Assembly (NCBI GenBank): GCA_015232855.1
Contig: JADFYW010000008.1
Coordinates: forward strand, 761-64,760
Length of the DNA: 64,000 nt
Source: Fibrobacteria bacterium
Lineage (GTDB): Bacteria > Fibrobacterota > Fibrobacteria > UBA11236 > JADFYW01
Direction: 5' to 3'
The position numbers were made by a program, and so were the translations under genes. This document shows, in pieces, positions 9,853-18,689 of this stretch. Position 1 is the stretch's first letter; the number at the start of each line of letters is the position of its first letter. The notes under the pieces were generated by a model. That model saw only the letters and a program-made list of their open reading frames with translations, was not told the origin of the DNA and did not search any database.

Positions 9853-9948
9853 ATTATTGGGGCGTAAAACTGGCAGAACTTCACATTATTGGGGCGAATA
9901 ATTGGCGAAAGTTCACATTATTGGGGTGAATAACTGGCGAAAAAGGTG
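9853..9948 (+). repeat. Three imperfect 32-bp tandem repeats upstream of AAA ATPase
   Basis: attattggggcgtaaaactggcagaacttcac / attattggggcgaataattggcgaaagttcac / attattggggtgaataactggcgaaaaaggtg. Confidence 0.85.
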
Positions 9949-9969
9949 AAGATAATATATAATAGGTTT

Positions 9970-11283
9970 ATGGAAAGGAATATATACAGGCGATTATTAA
10001 GCTGGAAAAGGGATAAAAAGCGGAAGCCGTTAATTTTGAAAGGGGCAAGGCAGACGGGCAAAACTTATTTGCTAAAGAAATTTGGAACTCAGGAGTATAA
10101 AGACTGTCATTACTTCAATTTTGAAGAAACTCCAGAAATAAAAGATCTCTTTATTAATAATTTAAAGCCTGAACACCTCTTACCCAATCTTGAACTTTAT
10201 TCTAAAAAAAAGATACATGCTAAGACTGATCTCATTATCTTCGATGAGATTCAGTCTTGTGACGGAGCATTAACATCTCTTAAATATTTTAATGAAAATG
10301 CGCATAACTACCATATTGCCGCTGCGGGTTCACTCTTAGGTCTTAAGCTCTCAAAAGGTTCGTCATTTCCTGTGGGGAAGGTTAATCTTTTTAATATATA
10401 TCCTTTAACATTCTCTGAATTTTTATCAGCAATTGGTGAACAGCAATATCTGATTTTTATTCAAGAGCTTAGTTCGAAAACAAATAGTTCAGAAGTATTT
10501 CATAAGCATCTCATTGAATATTTACGTTGTTACTATTTTACCGGAGGCATGCCGGAGGTTGTAAAAGAATATCGGGACTCCAAAGATTTAGCGGTATGTC
10601 GAAACATTCAAAAAGAAATTCTTACAACCTATGAACTTGATTTTGCCAAGCATGCAAAGACAATAGAAATTCCCAAAATTTCATTGTTGTGGGAATCTGT
10701 TCCCGGGCATTTATCCCGGGAAAATAAAAAATTTGTTTTTTCTTCTGTGAAAAAGAGTGCTCGGGCGCGAGACTATGAAAGCTCGCTTCAGTGGCTTATG
10801 GATGCGGGCTTGATATACAAAACCTATGCAACGGAGCGTGCCCGAGGGCCGCTTCAGGCAAATCTTAAAAAAGATATTTTTAAGATTTATCATTTGGATG
10901 TTGGTTTACTTGGCGCTATGGTAAATATGAGCTCAGATATTTTATTACAAAAGAATATGCTGTTCAATACCTATCATGGCGCTTTTGTGGAAAATTATGT
11001 GGCTACGCATTTAAAAGCGATTAGAGAAGAAACTTTAATTTATTGGAAAAGTGAGGGGAAAAAGGCTGAAGTAGATTTCCTCATTGAAAATAATGGGCAT
11101 ATATATCCTCTAGAAGTGAAAGCAGGTATTAATACAAAAAGTAAGAGTTTGAAATCATTTAGTACACAATTTCACCCCCCTAAACTTCTGAGAATAAGTT
11201 TGCTTCCACTTCATGTCGGTAATAACATTCTTAACATACCCCTCTATGCGTTACCAGAATTAGAACGGTTGATGCATCTTTGA
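9970..11283 (+). CDS. AAA_14 ATPase with DUF4143 C-terminal domain
   Basis: KPLILKGARQTGKT, IFDEIQ, AAGSLLG, FPVGKV, TGGMPE, EVDF...PLEVKAG; ATG at 9970 preferred over GTG at 9946. Confidence 0.88.
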   Translation: MERNIYRRLLSWKRDKKRKPLILKGARQTGKTYLLKKFGTQEYKDCHYFNFEETPEIKDLFINNLKPEHLLPNLELYSKKKIHAKTDLIIFDEIQSCDGALTSLKYFNENAHNYHIAAAGSLLGLKLSKGSSFPVGKVNLFNIYPLTFSEFLSAIGEQQYLIFIQELSSKTNSSEVFHKHLIEYLRCYYFTGGMPEVVKEYRDSKDLAVCRNIQKEILTTYELDFAKHAKTIEIPKISLLWESVPGHLSRENKKFVFSSVKKSARARDYESSLQWLMDAGLIYKTYATERARGPLQANLKKDIFKIYHLDVGLLGAMVNMSSDILLQKNMLFNTYHGAFVENYVATHLKAIREETLIYWKSEGKKAEVDFLIENNGHIYPLEVKAGINTKSKSLKSFSTQFHPPKLLRISLLPLHVGNNILNIPLYALPELERLMHL

Positions 11284-11741
11284 ATTGAAACTTGCAAAAT
11301 GTTCGTTAAAGTTTTCTTTAAAGGAATCAGCACTTTCGGTCTTTATTAATAATTACCATTACGGATTACTCATGATACGATTTCTTGGCATTAAGTCCTT
11401 AAAAGATATACCCCTAATATGTGGCGCTCCTTTCAGAAAAATGAAAACATATTTTGTATGTTCAGCATGTAACACCAGGGTCCTTGGCCATGCCTCTGAA
11501 TATCAGCATAAAACATGTGAATGCGGTGGTGAGTTTAAAGAGGATTTTAAGGTTAGTTGAGAACATTCAATTACCATCAGCTCAGATAATCCCGATTAAT
11601 ACGCCAGCCAACAGAGCTAAAGACCATCATCCCGACAAAAATACAGAATTTGTTCATGTTTTACCCCTTCGTTGCTAAAGTATAAGGGTGCGGCTCTTTT
11701 GAAACGATGGGAAATTGAAAATAAACTTGAAACAATACACT

Positions 11742-11863
11742 TGTCATTCTCCGGCTTGACCGGGGAATCCACCTTTGATGAAACAAAACTTGCTTTATAT
11801 GAGAAAAGGAGAAACAATCTATATAACTCGGGATGGATTGCCCTGTCAAGCAGGGCAATGACA
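11742..11863. repeat. REP-like double-hairpin palindromic element
   Basis: tgtcattctccggcttgaccggggaatcca ... tggattgccctgtcaagcagggcaatgaca; two inverted units, each an imperfect hairpin. Confidence 0.8.
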
Positions 11864-12140
11864 TTGTAATAGCATTTTTATGTATTTTTAAAGTATTAAC
11901 ATCGTTTGAAAAGAGTCGCACCCAAAGTATAATAGGAAAGAAACGACTCACCCTTCTTTTTCATTATATGTGAATCTATAAAACCGGCATTGGACAGCAG
12001 GCTCACAACTTCATTTTGTGAATAAGTAGTAAATGGTTTGAGTAAAGTATGTGCTTAAATGTTTATCCCTCTATGCGTAACCTTTGTGTCAAAAAGGTTA
12101 ATATTGAACAGAACTAATTTAAAAAAAAGAAATATTTGTA

Positions 12141-12169
12141 TTGAAATAATAAACATTTGATGGTATACT
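12141..12169 (+). promoter_or_regulatory. Sigma70 promoter of the tRNA leader
   Basis: TTGAAA (12141-12146), 17-nt spacer, TATACT (12164-12169) with extended -10 TG and AT-rich upstream; predicted +1 near the A of ATG 12176. Confidence 0.75.
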
Positions 12170-12175
12170 TATGTT

Positions 12176-12226
12176 ATGTTTAAAATTAATCAAAATCAAT
12201 GTTGTAGGCATAGATCACTGATGTAG
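12176..12226 (+). CDS. Putative attenuator leader peptide MFKINQNQCCRHRSLM (probably leaderless)
   Basis: ATG 7 nt after the -10 box; CAA-AAT-CAA-TGT-TGT cluster matches the downstream tRNAs; stop codon lies in the 5' arm of the antiterminator. Confidence 0.6.
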   Translation: MFKINQNQCCRHRSLM

Positions 12227-12249
12227 CTCTGTTATATTGATTTTCAATG

Positions 12250-12280
12250 AGACCCAGCTACTTAGCTGGGTCTTTTTTTT
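12250..12280 (+). terminator. Intrinsic terminator (attenuator) upstream of the tRNA genes
   Basis: agacccagct-actt-agctgggtct 10-bp stem followed by a T run. Confidence 0.88.
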
Positions 12281-12334
12281 GTCCAAATTTTAGCGAATCA
12301 ATTTACCTATAAATTGATGTTTAGAAGTAGTACT

Positions 12335-12406
12335 GATCGAGTATCCAAGTGGTTAAGGAGATGGTCTGCAAAACCCTTATCGTGGGTTCGAATCCCACCT
12401 CGATCT
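12335..12406 (+). tRNA. tRNA-Cys (GCA)
   Basis: Acceptor gatcgag/ctcgatc, anticodon loop ctGCAaa, T arm gtggg-ttcgaat-cccac, U73; one anticodon-stem mismatch; no encoded CCA. Confidence 0.88.
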
Positions 12407-12408
12407 CT

Positions 12409-12483
12409 TCCCGGTTCGTCCAATAGGCAGGACATCAGATTTTGATTCTGGAAATGGTGGTTCGAACCCATCACTGGCAGCCA
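12409..12483 (+). tRNA. tRNA-Gln (TTG)
   Basis: D arm gtcc/ggac, anticodon loop ttTTGat, T arm ggtgg-ttcgaac-ccatc, G73 plus CCA; C2:C71 acceptor mismatch. Confidence 0.83.
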
Positions 12484-12651
12484 ACAACCAATAACCCAGA
12501 GGGGGCAGCGGAGAAACGTTGCCAAAGAACTCGCAAAGGGAATTGATACTAAATTAAAATGTAAAACAAGAAAAAAATATTTCTATTATTCTGCAGAGTA
12601 ACAGGAATTTATTGTGAAAGTCATCCTCATCTTCCGTAAAAAGGTACAACA

Positions 12652-13077
12652 TTGATACATATTTCTCCCTGTGGCTGGTACTGTTTCACATGCAACAACA
12701 ATGGATGGATTCTAAAAGAAACCCAGGATAAAACTACCATACGCAGCAATGACAAGACCAGTGTCATCGAACTCCTTGGTGCCAGAAAATCAACAGCACC
12801 TGTCAACGATGAGGTTCAAGAGTTTCAAGAGGATTTTTTGAAACAGGAAAGAATTCTTCCATTCAAAACCATAGTTTCAGAAAATACTTTTAGGGTTAAA
12901 TACTATGTGACAAAAGGAACTGATATGGATAAACGTTCCTGGATTATCAGTCATGCTTTCTGGGATAATTACTGTGTGCTTATAACATTTCATGGATTAC
13001 AAACAAAACATTCTAATCCCCGGATGCAGTTATTTTATGATATTTTGAGTTCACTTCAACCGTTGGTGAACTGCTGA
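12652..13077 (+). CDS. Hypothetical protein (weak resemblance to DUF3805-like proteins)
   Basis: 141-aa ORF with TTG start; ISPxGW N-terminus. Confidence 0.45.
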   Translation: MIHISPCGWYCFTCNNNGWILKETQDKTTIRSNDKTSVIELLGARKSTAPVNDEVQEFQEDFLKQERILPFKTIVSENTFRVKYYVTKGTDMDKRSWIISHAFWDNYCVLITFHGLQTKHSNPRMQLFYDILSSLQPLVNC

Positions 13078-13154
13078 TAATCAATAGCAGAGTACATCGT
13101 ATTGGTTTCAATTTTCTTTTCTCAACATATTATTCCTTCTTTTGCAAGAAAAAA

Positions 13155-14258
13155 TTATAATTTTCGAAATAGCCAATTTTTCAGAAGTAAATCTTGTATA
13201 TGATATACGTTAGTTTTATCTACAATACCGGCCGTCAATAGAGCATCAGCAGCTTTTTTCACTTGAGATGCGGTTTGGAGTTGCACCCCTTGAATGTTTT
13301 CTGCACTAAATATGTTTACGCCACCACATTTTAAAATAAGCTTCATAACCTTTTTTTGATTCAGTGTTAAAGAATCCCAGAGAGTTTGAAATTCACCTTC
13401 ATGCCTTTGGATTAATAATTCCAGAATAACATTGATATCGATAGCTTGAGGATCTTTTTTCTCCCATAAATGAAACAAAAATCTTTGCACATACATAGGG
13501 TGACATTCACACGCATCAATAATTGATGATATGAATTCTTCTTCTAACGGTGTTCCCTTTGGTCCAAACATTTCTTTGACCCATTTGAGATAATGTTTCT
13601 TTTCTATGTCCAGCAATTCATAAGGTTCCGCCTGCCGATAAAAGGCCTGATTATTTTCCGAAAACATCCGTAAAAGGATATGGCGCTTACTTCCGGAAAA
13701 TACATAGGAGGTGTTATCATGTATCTGGATAATTCTTCTTAACCTCTTTTCAAAATCAGGTTCCGCATAATCAGCCACTTCCTGAAACTCATCAAAAACG
13801 ACACAAAGGTCTTTCTTTTTTGAAAGTGTGTATATAGCCGAAAAGGCCTCATCAAGGAATTTTTCTTTCTGAGAAGGGATGAAGTTGGGACTAATTGTTG
13901 GAGTAGCAGTGGTTGGATCCATGGACACGGTTAAACTTAAGGAAGTGAACGTTCCTTTAAGCAGTTTAAAAAGCCTGTCCAGATTCAATTCAAGCTGTTT
14001 TAATGCTTTAAAAATAGCGGAGATAAAATCTGTCTCTGATATAGTCCCATAGAGATCCACATACAGGAACTTTCGTTGATTTTTAAGTTTCTCAGCCGTT
14101 TTAAGAAGTAAAGAGGACTTTCCCATTCTACGATTAGAATAGAGCACTACATTCTGATTGCCTAAGATATAGACCGACAGGTCTTTTAGTTCTTTTTTAC
14201 GATTGCAGAAGGCTTTTCCACTCACAATCTTTGTATACGAAAAGGGGTTTGTTTCCAT
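13155..14258 (-). CDS. Archaeal-type AAA ATPase (ATPase_2) with C-terminal winged helix
   Basis: NPF...FCNRKKEL, degenerate Walker A SNRRMGKSS, VFDEFQE, YVFSGS. Confidence 0.82.
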   Translation of the reverse strand: METNPFSYTKIVSGKAFCNRKKELKDLSVYILGNQNVVLYSNRRMGKSSLLLKTAEKLKNQRKFLYVDLYGTISETDFISAIFKALKQLELNLDRLFKLLKGTFTSLSLTVSMDPTTATPTISPNFIPSQKEKFLDEAFSAIYTLSKKKDLCVVFDEFQEVADYAEPDFEKRLRRIIQIHDNTSYVFSGSKRHILLRMFSENNQAFYRQAEPYELLDIEKKHYLKWVKEMFGPKGTPLEEEFISSIIDACECHPMYVQRFLFHLWEKKDPQAIDINVILELLIQRHEGEFQTLWDSLTLNQKKVMKLILKCGGVNIFSAENIQGVQLQTASQVKKAADALLTAGIVDKTNVYHIQDLLLKNWLFRKL

Positions 14259-14388
14259 ATTTCACCTCAGGTATAACACTATATGGGTATATTATATTAT
14301 ACTTTAGGTGTATTGGCAAGAATATAATTTGATTGTGAACACTCTGATACGCTTAAGTTTATTATAAGCACATCTGATTAGAACTCAT

Positions 14389-15987
14389 TCAGGAGATATG
14401 AGCATAGTGAGTTATAATATCTTCAACCTCAGCTTCAATATCCTTTTCGTTCCAGCCTAAAATTGGTGCGACTTTGTCGGCGATTGCTTTGAGCGATTCG
14501 CGGCCCAGTTGCTGTAGGATAATTAAGGGTATACGTCTGCGTACAAGATCTCTCAAATGAACAACCATTTCGTGCGTGGCACAATATACGAGTTCCGCCT
14601 GACAAAAGGGGAGGCCCTTGAGGATGGGGCGGGAGAGTTCAGGGGAAGTCCTTATCAGGTTGAATATTTTGTGTATTTTTTGCCCATAGCGAAAGATGGT
14701 CCAGATGGCCATTTCTGCAGGAAGCCCCAGATCAACGGCTTCTTCCAGCATCTGACTTTTCCACAGTTCATATTCAATATCAGGGCTCCACGGGAAAGGA
14801 GTCACTTGTGTAGGGTGGGGTTCGTTGGGGATGGCTCCCAGTAATTCACAGGCCCTATCCACAATAAGCTGACTATCGGCTCGGGCAGAGGTCAATTTAC
14901 CCCCGATGGGCATAAGAAGCCCGGGTTGAGAATCATTCAACGACCACTCACGCGTAACCTCAGAAGGAGAAGCGCCCTCGATGTTCCTTAAAGAACGGAG
15001 ACCCGCAAACGCCCCACATACATCTGATCGGTCCCATGTAATACTATCGAACACCCGGTTAGCTCCGGCCAACAGGTAATCAATATCTTCGCGGGTTACA
15101 GATACCTTGTCGGGGTCGCCAGGATAATCGGTATCCGTGGTACCAAGCAGGGTTTTACCATACCAGGGAATCATGAAAAATATGCGATTATCACTTTCAT
15201 TAATTATAAGAAAAGCGTGAGAAGTTGGAAGGGGTGGCATCAATAGATGTACTCCCTTGTTGAGCCGGGTAAGGGGAGGACCATCCGGGTCCTTCAAAAG
15301 TGATTCGTTCCAGGGCCCGGCGCAATTAATGGTGACCTTTGCCTGTATGTTAATACTGGCACCATCTACTCCATCTTTAATTACCGCGCCTGTTACCGTG
15401 TCGCCTTCATACAACAAAGATTCTGCACTGGCATAATTAACCGCAACCGCTCCCGCTTTCCGGGCACCGGAGACGAGCTCCAGTACCAGCCGGGCATCAT
15501 CGGTCTGACAGTCTCCATAGGTGAATCCGGCACGTATGTTGGTATTATTAATAAAAGGATAAGCACCGGTAAACCGGGATCGCCCCAGAAAGCGATGAGA
15601 ATCAACGGGCTGTCCATGTCCTGCTAACCAGTCATAGAGAATAAGTCCCAGCTTCATCTGCCTGGGGCCCACCCGTGATCCCCGGAAAAGCGGCACAGCC
15701 AGCTGAAGAGGTAAAACCCGGTGGGGGCCAAGTTCTGCGAGTAGTTTTCGCTCTGCCAGGGCTTTTTTAACCAGACCAAATTTCATTTGTTCCAGATAAC
15801 GGAGCCCGCCATGGATAAGTTTGGATGAGGCCATTGATGTGCCTGATCCCCAATCACCTTTATCTACCAGTACGGTGTTTAAACCACGCAATGCGGCATC
15901 GTAGGCGGTCCATGCTCCATAGATACCGCCACCTATTACAAGGACATCTATAGATTCGCCGCTAAGTTGTTTAAAATTGCGTTCCAT
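14389..15987 (-). CDS. glpD: FAD-dependent glycerol-3-phosphate dehydrogenase
   Basis: GGGIYG, GTSMASSKLIHGGLRYLEQ, DDARL, GTTD, GGKLT; start coupled to the glpQ stop (TAATG). Confidence 0.9.
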   Translation of the reverse strand: MERNFKQLSGESIDVLVIGGGIYGAWTAYDAALRGLNTVLVDKGDWGSGTSMASSKLIHGGLRYLEQMKFGLVKKALAERKLLAELGPHRVLPLQLAVPLFRGSRVGPRQMKLGLILYDWLAGHGQPVDSHRFLGRSRFTGAYPFINNTNIRAGFTYGDCQTDDARLVLELVSGARKAGAVAVNYASAESLLYEGDTVTGAVIKDGVDGASINIQAKVTINCAGPWNESLLKDPDGPPLTRLNKGVHLLMPPLPTSHAFLIINESDNRIFFMIPWYGKTLLGTTDTDYPGDPDKVSVTREDIDYLLAGANRVFDSITWDRSDVCGAFAGLRSLRNIEGASPSEVTREWSLNDSQPGLLMPIGGKLTSARADSQLIVDRACELLGAIPNEPHPTQVTPFPWSPDIEYELWKSQMLEEAVDLGLPAEMAIWTIFRYGQKIHKIFNLIRTSPELSRPILKGLPFCQAELVYCATHEMVVHLRDLVRRRIPLIILQQLGRESLKAIADKVAPILGWNEKDIEAEVEDIITHYAHIS

Positions 15988-16757
15988 TATACTATTCCCT
16001 TTTCCTTGAACCAGGTAAAAAGCCATTTGGGATCATCTGTCATCACCACGTCCATTTCGGTTTTTAAAGCGAGTTTCACCTGCTTTGGTGTATTGCAGGT
16101 ATAGGTAAGCGCCTTCTTCCCTATTGCATGAATGGCGTTAACAAAACCCAGGGTGAGACGATTGATGTTGGTACAAACTCCCCAGAGAAAGTCAGATTGG
16201 TTGAGACTTTCTTCTGAAAGTTGAGAGGGTGAGACGATGTTTAACACATAGCGCCAGTCGGATTCAAGGGAATGAGCAAGCTCAAGCACTTTCTTATCAA
16301 AAGATAGTATATGAATTTTTCGCTTATTTCCTTGTTGATTATCCAGAGCGCCCCGTAAAAGTGAAGTAGTGATACGTGTTAAAATTTCGGAAGTCCCCAT
16401 GTTACGATCCCAACCACGGGACTTAATCTCTACATACAAGTCTGTCTTATCAAAAAGCAAGTCCAGGGTTTCTTGCAGGGTAAGAATTTTTTCGCCGGTA
16501 AAAGAAGTATCATACCATTTACCAAAGTCTTTATTCAGTAGTTCTTCATAGGTATAATCTTTTATCCGGTCGCGTTTTCGAGTTACTTTCCAGATAGTAC
16601 GATCATGATAAATTACCGGAATTTTATCCCGGGTGAGCTGTACATCCAATTCAATACCGTTTATAGGATAGGTAAGTGCTTTATTGAAGGCAGAAGCGGT
16701 ATTTTCCGGCGTTTCTCTTTTGGCGCCACGATGGGATACAATAACTGGTAGGCTCAT
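15987..16757 (-). CDS. glpQ: Glycerophosphodiester phosphodiesterase
   Basis: SHRGA, PENT, ELDVQLTRD, HD, EIK, TD.P; glp context. Confidence 0.85.
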   Translation of the reverse strand: MSLPVIVSHRGAKRETPENTASAFNKALTYPINGIELDVQLTRDKIPVIYHDRTIWKVTRKRDRIKDYTYEELLNKDFGKWYDTSFTGEKILTLQETLDLLFDKTDLYVEIKSRGWDRNMGTSEILTRITTSLLRGALDNQQGNKRKIHILSFDKKVLELAHSLESDWRYVLNIVSPSQLSEESLNQSDFLWGVCTNINRLTLGFVNAIHAIGKKALTYTCNTPKQVKLALKTEMDVVMTDDPKWLFTWFKEKGIV

Positions 16758-16949
16758 GTTTTAGTACCGTAATTCGTATTTTTTTTTGTATGTAAAGCAA
16801 TAGACATAAATGATTATACCACAAATTTCTAAAAAAATCCAGTTTCAAAATGAGGGGCTAAAAGGTGGAGCTTTTTATGAAAAACCTTTAAAAATACCGA
16901 AAAACGTGCGTTTTTGGAGAAAAGAAAAAACTTGTGTACTGTTAAAAAA

Positions 16950-18398
16950 TTAGAGTATTACCTGGTTTACAGCGTTTTTCCATCCCTTTAAGAGCTGTTC
17001 CCGGGATTTTTTGGCCATTTCGGGCCTGAATACCTTTTCGTATGATTTATGATGGCTTAACTCTTCACTTGTTTTCCAGAGGCCTGTTTTTAACCCTGCC
17101 AGGTATGCTGAACCAAGAGAAGTTGATTCTATAACCTCGGGTCGTAAGACCGGACGTCCAATGATATCGGCCTGGAACTGCATAAGAAAATTATTGGCCA
17201 CCGCTCCGCCGTCAACCGCAAGCTGATTAATTTCAGTACCGGATTCTTCTTCCATAACAGACAACACGTCCCAGGTTTGATAAGCCATTGCTTCAAGGGC
17301 TGCCCGTATAACATGGTTTCTGTTTGCTCCCCGGGTAAGGCCGGTGAGAATCCCCCGGGCCTCCATGTTCCAATAGGGGGCACCAAGCCCGGCAAAGGCA
17401 GGTACCAAATATACTCCGTTGTTATCATCTACAGATAGAGCGGCTTCTTCGCTGTCGGAAGCATTATTTAAAATTTTGAGTTCATCCCTTAGCCACTGAA
17501 TGGCAGCCCCTGCAATAAAAATTGAACCTTCCAGGGCATAACAGGGCTTGCCTTCTCCGTCCGCCGCCAGGGTAGTTATCAGTCCTTTATTTGATAGAAC
17601 GGCCTCAGACCCGGTATTCATCATCAAAAAACACCCGGTACCGTAGGTGTTTTTAACTTCTCCGGGATTAAAACAGGCCTGGCCAAAGAGGGCCCCCTGC
17701 TGATCACCGACAACGCCCAAAACCGGTACACCCTTGATTACGGGTATGGTCTCAACAACTCCGTAATCATCCATGGAATTCCTGACTTCGGGCAGGATAA
17801 ACCTGGGAACCCCAAGCAACGTACAAAGTTCATCATCCCAGGTTTTATCAATAATGTTAAAAAGCATAGTACGAGAGGCATTGGTATAATCAGTAGCATG
17901 GGTTCTTCCACCGGTAAGTTTCCATATAAGCCAGGTGTCAATAGTCCCAAAAAGAAGATTTTCCGTTTTTAGTCCTTCTACTTGTTCCAGTATCCATTTA
18001 GCTTTAGTCCCACTAAAGTAAGCGTCCACCGGGAGCCCGGTCTTCTGTCTGATAAGTTCGCTGTGGGAACTTAAACTATTACAAATATCCGCTGTTCGCC
18101 GACACTGCCATACAATTGCATTATAGACAGGTTTCCCTGTTGTTTTGTCCCAGATAACAACGGTTTCCCGCTGGTTAGTGATACCCACTGCCCCTATCGG
18201 GTCCGTAGCTCCGTTACAAACTTCTTCAACCGTATCCATAGTTGTCTGCCAGATTTCCATAGGGTCATGTTCGACCCATCCCGGTTTAGGATATATCTGA
18301 GTAAATTCCCGATAAGCCTTTTTAAAGGGTTTCCCGTTTTTATCATACAGGATGGTAGTAGTTCCGGTAGTACCTTGATCAATAGCAAGAATAAGCAT
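16950..18398 (-). CDS. glpK: Glycerol kinase
   Basis: IDQGTTG, GITNQRET, AIVWQCRR, TDYTNASRT, KNTYGTGCF, VPAFAGLGAPYW, VDGG. Confidence 0.96.
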   Translation of the reverse strand: MLILAIDQGTTGTTTILYDKNGKPFKKAYREFTQIYPKPGWVEHDPMEIWQTTMDTVEEVCNGATDPIGAVGITNQRETVVIWDKTTGKPVYNAIVWQCRRTADICNSLSSHSELIRQKTGLPVDAYFSGTKAKWILEQVEGLKTENLLFGTIDTWLIWKLTGGRTHATDYTNASRTMLFNIIDKTWDDELCTLLGVPRFILPEVRNSMDDYGVVETIPVIKGVPVLGVVGDQQGALFGQACFNPGEVKNTYGTGCFLMMNTGSEAVLSNKGLITTLAADGEGKPCYALEGSIFIAGAAIQWLRDELKILNNASDSEEAALSVDDNNGVYLVPAFAGLGAPYWNMEARGILTGLTRGANRNHVIRAALEAMAYQTWDVLSVMEEESGTEINQLAVDGGAVANNFLMQFQADIIGRPVLRPEVIESTSLGSAYLAGLKTGLWKTSEELSHHKSYEKVFRPEMAKKSREQLLKGWKNAVNQVIL

Positions 18399-18689
18399 AG
18401 CAATCCTCTGCTGGGTAAGTTTTAAGTGTTTCTTTTAAACTAAAAATTAATCGGCGTTTAGATTTCACCAAAAGTGCAAAATGTCTGTTTCGTGAAGTCT
18501 TAGCAGAGAAAATTTTGGTTCACCAAATGTGCATTTTGTCGATTTGGTGCGACTTTGAAAGGGCCTTTTTAAGCATAAAAAGGAAGGATTGTTTTAAACG
18601 CTTAAAAAAGTACTGAAATACTCAATTTTTTTTAACTTTTGCAGAACTTTTTTTCTAAAAGTTTTGAAAATAATTTATGTGGGTTTTAA

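Noticed and set aside
9853-9948. CRISPR array
   Set aside because: Units are contiguous imperfect tandem repeats without unique spacers, and no cas genes are present.
11617-11951. Short ORFs across the REP element
   Set aside because: Their translations (WIPRSSRRMT, SLPCLTGQS) derive from the palindromic repeat.
12171-12221. Alternative leader ORF MLCLKLIKINVVGIDH
   Set aside because: Its ATG is only 2 nt after the -10 box, upstream of the expected transcription start.
12176-12280. T-box riboswitch
   Set aside because: No AGGGTGGNACCGCG-like T-box sequence and too short for stem I.
12335-12483. tRNA as a prophage or island attachment site
   Set aside because: No integrase, and I saw no duplicated tRNA 3' end in the window.
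12504-12523. Hairpin ggcagcg-gagaaa-cgttgcc as a third tRNA or terminator
   Set aside because: No cloverleaf and no U tract.
12307-12525. 72-aa minus-strand ORF
   Set aside because: Antisense shadow of the two tRNA genes.
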